Assembly (NCBI GenBank): GCA_001825315.1
Contig: MHVR01000005.1
Span: 5,761 to 46,179 of the forward strand
Source: Candidatus Zambryskibacteria bacterium RIFCSPHIGHO2_02_FULL_43_14
GTDB lineage: Bacteria > Patescibacteriota > Minisyncoccia > Phycocordibacterales > Zambryskibacteraceae
Length of the DNA: 40,419 nt
Direction: 5' to 3'
Shown here piece by piece: positions 30,533 to 37,967 of this stretch (positions within the stretch are counted from its first letter, which is position 1; each line of letters opens with the position of its first letter). The translations under genes and the position numbers were made by a program. Below the pieces are notes generated by a model, which saw nothing but the letters and a program-made list of their open reading frames with translations, was not told the DNA's origin and searched no databases.

Positions 30533-31192
30533 CTATCGACGAATTCCTTTCTTCTGCTCATATGCTTTATTGAGATAGTATAACACCTCCTCGTCGCTTG
30601 TCTGTGGAAAATCTTCGTACCATTCTCCGATAGCGATAAGATTCTCGGGCTCGAGTACGCAGACAATTTTGTCGGCGTACGGTTTCAATAACTCTAGAGA
30701 ATCCCGGGCGCATATTGGAGATGCAAATATAAGCTCCTTTGGTTTATAAATCATCTTGGCTGATTCGAGCGCAACCCGCGCTGTCACTCCCGTGGCTAAA
30801 CCGTCATCCACTACGATAATCGTATCTATCGGCATACCCTTACTCCAGTTCCCGCTTTTATAACGGGTAGCCCTGCGCTCTAATTCCTGTCTCTCCTGTT
30901 CGACAGTATAGTCCAAGTCCTCCCGTTTGAGTCCAGTAGAGCGAAGGGTTTCTGCATCAAGTATTAATATGCCGCTAGGAGCGATGGCACCCACTCCAAA
31001 TTCCGGGTTGGAAGGCATACCAATTTTCCTGACAACCAGAATGTCGAGCGAAGCATCAAGCGCCTTTGCCACTTCATAGCCAATAGGAACTCCGCCTCGT
31101 GGCAAAGCTAGTATAAGCGGCCGGTTTTGCTTATACTCAAGCAATTTTCTCGCGAGTTTCTGTCCGGCGTCGATTCTATCTTTAAAACGCAT
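30533..31192 (-). CDS. Phosphoribosyltransferase family protein
   Basis: LALPRGGVP, VVDDGLATG PRPP-binding motif, WYEDFPQTSDEEV. Confidence 0.93.
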   Translation of the reverse strand: MRFKDRIDAGQKLARKLLEYKQNRPLILALPRGGVPIGYEVAKALDASLDILVVRKIGMPSNPEFGVGAIAPSGILILDAETLRSTGLKREDLDYTVEQERQELERRATRYKSGNWSKGMPIDTIIVVDDGLATGVTARVALESAKMIYKPKELIFASPICARDSLELLKPYADKIVCVLEPENLIAIGEWYEDFPQTSDEEVLYYLNKAYEQKKGIRR

Positions 31193-31386
31193 TAGGACCT
31201 TTTAGGAACAATAAAGATGGCAAAAAAGTATGCCACAAGGCCGGGTACTACTCCACTGAAAATGACCACGAGTAGCCAGATCAGACGTAAGAGCGTCGGG
31301 TCAACATTAAAATATTCTCCCAACCCGCCACAAACGCCCGCAAAAATCTTGTTTGTATTGCTCCGATATAATCTTTTTGTCTCCAT
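31192..31386 (-). CDS. PspC domain protein
   Basis: KRLYRS..KIFAGVCGGLGEYFNVDPT. Confidence 0.93.
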   Translation of the reverse strand: METKRLYRSNTNKIFAGVCGGLGEYFNVDPTLLRLIWLLVVIFSGVVPGLVAYFFAIFIVPKRS

Positions 31387-31452
31387 GTTTTTAATAATAT
31401 CAAAAAATATGTCATTGAAAAACCCTCAATTTACATGTATCGTATCATTTAT

Positions 31453-31523
31453 TGCGGGATCATCTAGTGGTAGGATGCGACTCTCTGGAAGTCGTCACCT
31501 TGGTTCGAATCCAAGCCCCGCAG
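31453..31523 (+). tRNA. tRNA-Gln(CTG)
   Basis: TGCGGGATCATCTAGTGGTAGGATG-CGACT-CT-CTG-GA-AGTCG...GGTTCGAATCC...CCCCGCAG; CCA not encoded. Confidence 0.93.
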
Positions 31524-31625
31524 CACTTCTTCACCTTCGCCGGACGAAGGATCATCAGTGCCTGCGGCCGGCATATACAAAAGAGAAGAAGTCCCTGAAC
31601 GAAAGTGAAGGGCCTAAAATTCTCT

Positions 31626-31868
31626 ATGTCTTACTTTGTATATATTCTAGAGTGTGCAGATGAATCTTTTTATGTCGGGTGTACCAATGACCTTGAAAAA
31701 AGGATAAATCAACATAATAATTTAAAATCTGGAGCACATTATACTAAGTTGAGAAGACCTGTTGTGCTTAAACATAAAGAGAAGTTTAATACATTAAAAG
31801 ACGCGAGAAAGAGAGAATCAGAAATCAAAGGTTGGCGTAGAGAAAAGAAGTTAGATTTAATGAAGTAA
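31626..31868 (+). CDS. Small GIY-YIG nuclease family protein
   Basis: YFVYILECADESFYVGCTNDLEKRINQHN, ARKRESEIKGW. Confidence 0.93.
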   Translation: MSYFVYILECADESFYVGCTNDLEKRINQHNNLKSGAHYTKLRRPVVLKHKEKFNTLKDARKRESEIKGWRREKKLDLMK

Positions 31869-31885
31869 AAACCGTGGGTTTCTGA

Positions 31886-31921
31886 GGGTAAAAGGTGTGG
31901 TAAAAGGTGTCAGGAACCTTT
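31886..31921 (+). repeat. RAYT-associated palindrome, copy 1 (forward) with 5' partial duplicate
   Basis: GGGTAAAAGGTGT followed by GGTAAAAGGTGTCAGGAACCTTT. Confidence 0.9.
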
Positions 31922-31952
31922 ATTTTGTATAACTGTATGTTAGTGTAGATTC

Positions 31953-32627
31953 ATGGGAAGACCTCATAGAACTGACATTGGTGGGTATGTGTATCATGTA
32001 TTAAACCGAGCTAATGCGCGAATAGTCATATTTAATAGTGACAGAGACTATCAAGATTTTGAGCAAATACTTTTTGATGCAGTCGAAAAGTTTAAGATGA
32101 GACTCATCGCATATACACTGATGCCAAATCATTTTCATTTAGTTCTATATCCAAAATATGAAGGTGAAATAAAAAAGTTCATGCACTGGATCACCCTTAC
32201 CCATACTCAAAGATGGCATGCACATACAAAAACAATAGGTTATGGGCATGTATATCAAGGGAGGTATAAATCTTTTTTAGTGGAAGAGGATTCATATTTG
32301 TGGGCATTACTGGCTTATGTTGAAAGAAATGCGTTACGAGCCAAATTAGTGAAATCTCTTAAAAACTGGCAATGGTCTAGCTATTACAAGCGATGGTATG
32401 GCACACAGTTGCAGAAAAAATTATTAGCCACCGATAGTATTGCTTGGCCTGATAATTACGATAAATTACTTTCTCTAACTGAAGAAAAGAAAAAGCTTGA
32501 AGTTATCAGAAATTCGGTCAATAGAGGAAAACCTTATGGCAGTGTTAACTGGACCAATAAAGTTTTAAAAAAATTTGGGTTAGAGATAACAGAAAGAAAA
32601 AGAGGCAGACCAAAGAAAGGTTCCTGA
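31953..32627 (+). CDS. HUH/Y1 tyrosine transposase (RAYT/IS200-like)
   Basis: YHVLNRAN, LMPNHFH (HUH), GHVYQGRYKS, catalytic Y in YVERN, WQWSSY, C-terminal RGRPKK; the stop codon lies within the repeat. Confidence 0.93.
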   Translation: MGRPHRTDIGGYVYHVLNRANARIVIFNSDRDYQDFEQILFDAVEKFKMRLIAYTLMPNHFHLVLYPKYEGEIKKFMHWITLTHTQRWHAHTKTIGYGHVYQGRYKSFLVEEDSYLWALLAYVERNALRAKLVKSLKNWQWSSYYKRWYGTQLQKKLLATDSIAWPDNYDKLLSLTEEKKKLEVIRNSVNRGKPYGSVNWTNKVLKKFGLEITERKRGRPKKGS

Positions 32628-32669
32628 CACCTTTTATGCTCACCTTTTATGACCTGCCTTTTATGACAC
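32616..32669 (-). repeat. RAYT-associated palindrome, copy 2 (reverse) with degenerate partial duplicates
   Basis: AAAGGTTCCTGACACCTTTTATG followed by CT-CACCTTTTATG-ACCTG-CCTTTTATG-ACAC. Confidence 0.88.
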
Positions 32670-33049
32670 ATCTTTTCATCTACATTTTTGAAACCGATAA
32701 AGACAATTTCGTTGGTTATTGCTTTAGCTCTGACAATAATTTCTTTAAGATTCGTGGAGAATTTCTCAGGTGAGATTTTGAAATTTCCTTTACTATCTTG
32801 TGAAGAATCATTACCACCAGTTTGAAAGATTATTACATTAGCCTTTCTGGCTTGAGCTTCTTTCTCAAATCTTTCTAATATCGTTTCTGTCGTACCACCA
32901 GAAACACTTAGATTGTAGATTTCAAAATAATTATCTGCTTCGCTCCCATGAGCAAGAGATAACCAAAGGCGATTTACCCAGCCTCCTTTTTCAGTATCCC
33001 AAACACCCCAGGCAGTGCTGTCTCCAAACACACAAATGCTTTTATCCAT
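32670..33049 (-). pseudogene. SGNH/GDSL hydrolase, 3'-truncated
   Basis: Blocks I (FGDS), II (NLSVSG) and III (GGND) are present; similarity ends at GFKNVDEK where the repeats begin; catalytic DxxH block is absent. Confidence 0.8.
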
Positions 33050-33067
33050 ATCAAGAGTATATCAAAT

Positions 33068-33117
33068 AGTGGGGTAAAAGGTGTCAGTGGGGTAAAAGGT
33101 GTCAGGAACCTTTTACC
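33068..33117 (+). repeat. RAYT-associated palindrome, copy 3 (forward) with 18-bp 5' duplicate
   Basis: AGTGGGGTAAAAGGTGTC twice, then the full GGTAAAAGGT-GTCAGGA-ACCTTTTACC at 33091-33117. Confidence 0.92.
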
Positions 33118-33149
33118 TTGTCTGACGAGTTATCGTCTTGCATCACAAG

Positions 33150-33177
33150 AGGTCCAACATTCGTGTTGGCCCTTTTT
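33150..33177 (+). terminator. Intrinsic terminator-like hairpin
   Basis: AGGTCCAACA-TTCG-TGTTGGCCC-TTTTT. Confidence 0.6.
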
Positions 33178-33216
33178 CATTTGTAATAACGTTGAAATTA
33201 TGATAATATTTTTTAC

Positions 33217-33513
33217 ATGGAATTTCCTAAAGAAAAATTTGAAATTTCGGAAATGGAAAAATTTTTGGAAAAGCATGAGTTTCACCATATTCATTCCGAT
33301 ATTTTTGAAAGAGTCATAACTTTGGTTATTGCCGCTTTAGGTTTAATTGCCGCTCTTGCTTGGGATGAAGCTCTAAGACATATTTTTGAAACACTATTTG
33401 GTGGCAAGGGAACTTTGTTAGAAGAAATTTCATATGCGTTAGTGATAACAATTCTCGCGGCACTTATTTCAGTACGATTAGGAAAATTTTTTTCAAAACA
33501 TAAAGAAAAATAA
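33217..33513 (+). CDS. Small two-TM membrane protein (DUF5654-like)
   Basis: AALGLIAALAWDEAL...YALVITILAALI. Confidence 0.82.
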   Translation: MEFPKEKFEISEMEKFLEKHEFHHIHSDIFERVITLVIAALGLIAALAWDEALRHIFETLFGGKGTLLEEISYALVITILAALISVRLGKFFSKHKEK

Positions 33514-33536
33514 GCAATCTATTTTTCTCCAAGGGA

Positions 33537-33563
33537 GCAATACTTTTCCTAAATTAATCCTTG
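33537..33563 (+). repeat. 27-bp direct repeat, copy A
   Basis: GCAATACTTTTCCTAAATTAATCCTTG; 26/27 identical to 33970-33996. Confidence 0.88.
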
Positions 33564-33642
33564 GTAAAAGATGGTAAAAGGTTCCTGACACCTTTTACCC
33601 TCATTGGTAAAAGATGGTAAAAGGTTCCTGACACCTTTTACC
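33561..33642 (-). repeat. RAYT-associated palindrome, copies 4 and 5 (reverse, tandem 39-bp units)
   Basis: TTGGTAAAAGATGGTAAAAGGTTCCTGACACCTTTTACC at 33561-33599 and 33604-33642. Confidence 0.93.
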
Positions 33643-33932
33643 ATGTAGAAAAGATTGCGGAAGCTGTCGTCCACTATTACAACAGCTTAAAGAAGCAGAA
33701 CCGTGGAGGACACGCAACGTGTCTCCTGGTAATTTTAAAAAGTGCTAACGTTGTGTCAACACAACTTGAAGAACATGAAAAGTTTACTCTGTCTTGGGCA
33801 ACAGCGGAGGAAATTCTATCTAACTGGGAAGACGAGAATGAGGACAAAAGTTACGACCATTGGATATATTTCCTCGAACAAACTACAAATAGACTAAAAG
33901 AACTAGGTTACGATAGAACTAGTAGGATATAA
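33642..33932 (+). pseudogene. 5'-truncated gene fragment (possibly the C-terminal half of a Nudix-fold protein)
   Basis: 96 open codons HVEKIAEAVVHYYNSLKKQNRGGHATCLLVIL...LEEHEKFTLSWATAEEIL...RTSRI* beginning at the repeat edge; in-frame TAA at 33618 and no start codon at the 5' end. Confidence 0.65.
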
Positions 33933-33968
33933 CTCGCAAGTAACTCGCAAGGACGGTCCTTGCGAGTT
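33930..33968. repeat. Second-type 27-bp palindrome with 5' partial duplicate
   Basis: TAACTCGCAAG twice; AACTCGCAAGGAC-G-GTCCTTGCGAGTT at 33942-33968. Confidence 0.88.
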
Positions 33969-33969
33969 C

Positions 33970-33996
33970 GCAATACTTTTCCTAAATTAACCCTTG
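33970..33996 (+). repeat. 27-bp direct repeat, copy B
   Basis: GCAATACTTTTCCTAAATTAACCCTTG. Confidence 0.88.
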
Positions 33997-34017
33997 CAAC
34001 AAACCATATTAGAAGTT

Positions 34018-34632
34018 CTAGAATCCCGTAAAGACCATCACCGTGCCTTTAGAATAACTTAGTATAATCTGATTACCGCTTTGGTAAATTATTGCGCCAA
34101 AGTTTAACATTGAGACGAAAGCGCTTTCAATTTCCATAAGATTTGAGGGTGTCGCGCAATACATCATAGTGCTGGCTAGATTACTTACCTTGAGTAAGTT
34201 TCCATCTAAAACAAAATTGCCACTCATACTGTTGCAGAACTTCGCGCTTAGAGCACCTTCTTCAAAAGATAATATGTATCTTGAATCTAAAGGGATAGCA
34301 TTGCCATTATATGAGGTCATTCGAAATATTGAGCCATTGAGATTGGATGCCGATGGGATACTTGGAACCGGTTCTGGAGCCGGAGTCGGAGTCGGAGTCG
34401 GAGTCGAAGTCTCGACTGGTTTAGAAATCTTCGTATTGCTTTGAGAAGAAACCGACTTTTGCGCACTGCCTACATCACCAGATTTATTTATGTTTTGCGT
34501 ATTCGTGGGAGTACTTGTAGATATACTGATAAGTTGGTCATCATTTTCTCGAGTCTCATCTCTATTCAAAAATATTAGCCCTAAAATGACTACAACAATG
34601 GCGGTAATAATATATACATGGTTTGTTTTCAT
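34018..34632 (-). CDS. META (HslJ-like) domain protein, membrane-anchored
   Basis: N-terminal TM, S/T/P linker (GGAGTC hexamer run at 34376-34411), AKFCNSMSG...LASTMMYC...LMEIE. Confidence 0.85.
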   Translation of the reverse strand: MKTNHVYIITAIVVVILGLIFLNRDETRENDDQLISISTSTPTNTQNINKSGDVGSAQKSVSSQSNTKISKPVETSTPTPTPTPAPEPVPSIPSASNLNGSIFRMTSYNGNAIPLDSRYILSFEEGALSAKFCNSMSGNFVLDGNLLKVSNLASTMMYCATPSNLMEIESAFVSMLNFGAIIYQSGNQIILSYSKGTVMVFTGF

Positions 34633-34765
34633 ATATGCCTATATTAGCGTTTATTGAAATTAAGGACAAGGTGAGGATAAAGGTTATAGGTTGTAATAGT
34701 CTGGCTTTTTCAATACAGACTGTGTTATAATGCAGACTTATTAATCAAGTCAGTTCACATATTTT

Positions 34766-35533
34766 ATGAAGTTGAGAAATAAGGCGGTATTTGCAGTTTC
34801 AGCGCTTATTATCGGCGGTTTAGCATCAGTCGCGTACGCAGATCATTCATGGGGCGATTATCATTGGGCGCGTACGGCAAACCCTTTCACCCTTGAACTT
34901 GGAGATAATGTTTCTTCTGCATGGGATAGCTATCTCGCAACCACGGCAAGCGATTGGAGCGTTTCCATAGTGCTCGATACTCTTGTCAAACCGGGGAAAA
35001 CTACGTCACGCACATGTAGGGCGACAAACGGACGCATTGAAGTCTGTAGTGCTAAGTACGGCTTTAACGGCTGGCTTGGAATAGCCCAGATTTGGGTAAG
35101 TGGAAACCATATTGTAAAAGGTATAACAAAAATGAACGATTCATACTTCAATACCCGCACTTACAACACCTCCGCATGGCGTAATCTTGTAATGTGTCAG
35201 GAAATCGGCCATACTCTCGGCCTCGATCACCAAGACGAAATCTTTGACAACCCGAACCTTGGCACATGTATGGATTATACGAACAATCCATCAACCAACC
35301 AACACCCAAATCAGCACGATTACGACCAACTTGAAGCAATCTACGCGCATCTCGATAACGTAAATACTATATCCTCTTCCAATTCAGTAAACAGAAGACA
35401 AGATGTTGATTTAGATAATCCATCAGCATGGGGCAAAGCAATCAAAAAGGATAAACAAGGCAGAAACTCACTCCATGTTCGCGATCTTGATAAAGGAGAA
35501 AAACTCTTTACTTTCGTAGTCTGGGCTCAATAA
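34766..35533 (+). CDS. Secreted metzincin-like (matrixin-like) protein
   Basis: Signal peptide AYA|DHSW, GWLGIA, QEIGHTLGLDH, Met-turn TCMDY. Confidence 0.85.
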   Translation: MKLRNKAVFAVSALIIGGLASVAYADHSWGDYHWARTANPFTLELGDNVSSAWDSYLATTASDWSVSIVLDTLVKPGKTTSRTCRATNGRIEVCSAKYGFNGWLGIAQIWVSGNHIVKGITKMNDSYFNTRTYNTSAWRNLVMCQEIGHTLGLDHQDEIFDNPNLGTCMDYTNNPSTNQHPNQHDYDQLEAIYAHLDNVNTISSSNSVNRRQDVDLDNPSAWGKAIKKDKQGRNSLHVRDLDKGEKLFTFVVWAQ

Positions 35534-35545
35534 TATAATAGTTAA

Positions 35546-35572
35546 AGGGGAGCGCGCACTGCGCGCTCCCCT
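35546..35572. terminator. Strong GC hairpin between convergent genes
   Basis: AGGGGAGCGCGCA-C-TGCGCGCTCCCCT; short T run on the minus strand. Confidence 0.7.
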
Positions 35573-35578
35573 GATTGG

Positions 35579-35782
35579 CTACTTTTCTCCTTCCAATTCT
35601 CCTTCTAATCGAAGTTTGAGTCCGTGTTCGGGTTTGGGAGTGGACTCTTTTGTGGGTTTGGAGTCAATCTGGATTCTGAACTCCTCCAGTACTACAATCT
35701 GACAGTCCTCACACAAGTTGAAACGTTTACCCTCTTTCTCCTTGCATTTGCAGCACTTCTTGCTTCTCATGCACACCCCCAC
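35579..35782 (-). CDS. Small Cys-rich (putative Zn-binding) hypothetical protein
   Basis: CCKC...CEDC; fills the gap and ends just before the hairpin; start may be 35770. Confidence 0.5.
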   Translation of the reverse strand: MGVCMRSKKCCKCKEKEGKRFNLCEDCQIVVLEEFRIQIDSKPTKESTPKPEHGLKLRLEGELEGEK

Positions 35783-35848
35783 TCTAGACCTTCAACCCAG
35801 TCCGATTCTAGCATAACATCCAACCCAATTTGGGCAAACGGGACAAAT

Positions 35849-36307
35849 TTAACGAACAGTCAGAGTACCGACCATGCCCATAGCGCGATGATTACCGACT
35901 GAACAGTAGTATTCGAAGGTACCAGTTTTGTCAGCAAGGAAAGTGATGGTCTCTGTTTCTCCGACTTTTAGTACGCGAGTAGAAGTGTTGAATTCATCTA
36001 TCTTTAAGTCGTGAGTACCGTTGATATTTTTGACTGTAATCTTGACAGTATCTCCTTTATTGACTGTTATAGTCGAAGGTGAGAATGAGAAAGAAACTGT
36101 GTCAACACTAAACTCTTTGACAGTTACAGACGTAGTTTCTTCCACTTCCTCTTCTGTTACTATCATCTCATCCACATTGCTTCCGGGAACAGGCATATTG
36201 TTATTAATCTCGCCATCTGTCGGCGCGATAGTTTTATTTTTAAAAAGTAGGAAACCGCCGGCAATCAAGATAATAACCACAACAATTGAAATAAATTTAT
36301 TATTCAT
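35849..36307 (-). CDS. Cupredoxin-domain protein, membrane-anchored
   Basis: FSPSTITVNKGDTV, THDL, YYCSVGNHRAMGMVG (type-1 Cu ligands H, C, H, M). Confidence 0.92.
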   Translation of the reverse strand: MNNKFISIVVVIILIAGGFLLFKNKTIAPTDGEINNNMPVPGSNVDEMIVTEEEVEETTSVTVKEFSVDTVSFSFSPSTITVNKGDTVKITVKNINGTHDLKIDEFNTSTRVLKVGETETITFLADKTGTFEYYCSVGNHRAMGMVGTLTVR

Positions 36308-36318
36308 ATTACCTTGGA

Positions 36319-37260
36319 TTATACCTTAAGATATTTTCTGATAGCAAGAAGACTTGAGATGGCGCCGATGAAAACTCCAGAAGCTACGATGATAAGAGCA
36401 ATTTCCAGGAAATGACGAAGATAGTAGGAGAAGATATTGAAGCCGATAAAGAAACTTTCAGTAGTACTCCCAAGCCAATAAGTTAAAGGCAGGAGTAGTA
36501 ATAAAGTCAGAAATCCAGCCGTTATTCCATAGATAATCCCAACCACCACAAAGGGCCCTTGAATATAAGTGGTTGAAGCGCCTACCAGACGCATGACGCT
36601 TATCTCATCTCTAGCGATATAGATAGTCAAGCGGATAGTATTGAAAGCAATTAGTACAGAAATAATCGCTAGAAAAATCGTTAGGGCGAAACCCATGCGG
36701 TCGGCGGAAGCGATGATATGAGTGAGTTTGTCTATAGCCGCCTTATTTTCGAAATAGTTGATGCGATCAACAATGGTAATGCCATCCGAGGAGAGCGCAT
36801 TGCCACCTTCGAGAAACTCCGCCACCGAGGCATATTGGGAAGGATCTCTGGCTTTAATATTGAGAACTGCTCCCAAGGGATTCTCCCCCAACTCGTCAAG
36901 CGCAGAGAGGATAGATTGGTCGCTTGAGTGTCTCTCTTTGAAAGCGGTTAAGGCCTCATCCCGTGATACGTAAGTAACCAGAGAGACCTCCGTGAGAGAT
37001 TCAAGAGCGTGTCTAACATTTAAAATATCCTCTTCTTTTGCCGAGGTGACAAAGGTAACGTTGATGTCGATTTTGTTTCTTAGTTCTAGAAGTGTGATAT
37101 CAAGAATAGCGCCGGAGAAAGAAATAAGGCCAACGACCATGAGAGTTACCATCATGACCAGAACGGAGGCGAGAGAAACTGTGCCATCTCTCCAGAAATT
37201 GAAAAAGCCGGTGCGTATAATCCTTTTTAATTTCATCCAGAACATTCTCTTATTGCTCAT
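36319..37260 (-). CDS. ftsX: Cell division permease FtsX
   Basis: ENPLGA, NTIRLTIY.RDEISVMRLVGA, IQGPF; 4-TM layout. Confidence 0.94.
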   Translation of the reverse strand: MSNKRMFWMKLKRIIRTGFFNFWRDGTVSLASVLVMMVTLMVVGLISFSGAILDITLLELRNKIDINVTFVTSAKEEDILNVRHALESLTEVSLVTYVSRDEALTAFKERHSSDQSILSALDELGENPLGAVLNIKARDPSQYASVAEFLEGGNALSSDGITIVDRINYFENKAAIDKLTHIIASADRMGFALTIFLAIISVLIAFNTIRLTIYIARDEISVMRLVGASTTYIQGPFVVVGIIYGITAGFLTLLLLLPLTYWLGSTTESFFIGFNIFSYYLRHFLEIALIIVASGVFIGAISSLLAIRKYLKV

Positions 37261-37937
37261 TTAAAATATTTGCCGGCCTTGTCGTCGCGCACAACTCTGC
37301 CTTGTTCTATGGCGACGACTCGACCGTTTAACGAATCAATTATACCCTTATTGTGTGTAGTCAGGATGACGGTAGTGCCCAGATTGTTAATTTTTTTCAG
37401 TATCTGAACCACATCATAAGTGTTTACCGGATCAAGATTGCCTGTCGGCTCATCCGCTATGATAACTTCTGGCTCGTTGACCAATGCCCGGGCGATAGCC
37501 ACTCTCTGTTTTTCCCCGCCCGAGAGTTCGCGCGGGAAATTCCAAATTTTAGGCGTCAAATCAACCAACTCAAGCACATGAGGTACATCTGATTCTATTT
37601 CCTCATCTGTTCGGCCTGCCGCCTCCATAGTGAAAGCGATATTCTCATAAACAGTCTTATTGGGCAAAAGACGAAAGTCTTGGAAAACCATACCCACTCT
37701 CCTACGAAATTCATTAATTTCCTTCTTATCGAGAGCGTGAACGTTAACAGATTCGTAATATATAACGCCACGAGTCGGCTTCTCTTCGCCGAGAAAGAGT
37801 TTCAATAATGTGGTTTTGCCCGCGCCGGATGGTCCGACGATGGAGATAAATTCCTTTGGTTCAATGGAAAAAGTTACTTCCTCGAGAGCTACAGAACTAT
37901 CTGGATAAACTTTGGAAACACGGTCAAAAACAATCAT
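37257..37937 (-). CDS. ftsE: Cell division ATP-binding protein FtsE
   Basis: [26 protein letters not shown] and ADEPTGNLD motifs; adjacent to ftsX; start at MIVFD. Confidence 0.94.
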   Translation of the reverse strand: MIVFDRVSKVYPDSSVALEEVTFSIEPKEFISIVGPSGAGKTTLLKLFLGEEKPTRGVIYYESVNVHALDKKEINEFRRRVGMVFQDFRLLPNKTVYENIAFTMEAAGRTDEEIESDVPHVLELVDLTPKIWNFPRELSGGEKQRVAIARALVNEPEVIIADEPTGNLDPVNTYDVVQILKKINNLGTTVILTTHNKGIIDSLNGRVVAIEQGRVVRDDKAGKYFK

Positions 37938-37967
37938 TACCTTCAATTCTATCATGCGGAGATTTTC

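Larger units (their letters stand above)
31886..33996. mobile_element. RAYT/palindrome-delimited accessory cassette array downstream of tRNA-Gln
   Basis: Y1 transposase plus five oriented copies of one palindrome, one unrelated palindrome, a 27-bp direct repeat and truncated passenger genes. Confidence 0.7.

Noticed and set aside
31217-31663. 148-aa ORF
   Set aside because: It runs antisense to the pspC gene and through tRNA-Gln, with no recognisable motif.
32534-32669. C-terminus of the 171-aa GDSL ORF as real protein
   Set aside because: It is read-through of repeat DNA and the antisense strand of the transposase.
31886-33642. CRISPR array
   Set aside because: The repeats alternate in orientation, spacing ranges from a few bp to about 700 bp and contains genes, and there is no cas operon.
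31524-34017. Classical integron or prophage at tRNA-Gln
   Set aside because: No tyrosine or serine integrase, no attC-type sites recognised, no duplicated tRNA 3' end seen, and no phage genes.
34376-34411. GGAGTC hexamer run as a phase-variation tract
   Set aside because: The unit is a multiple of 3 and simply encodes a Thr-Pro linker.
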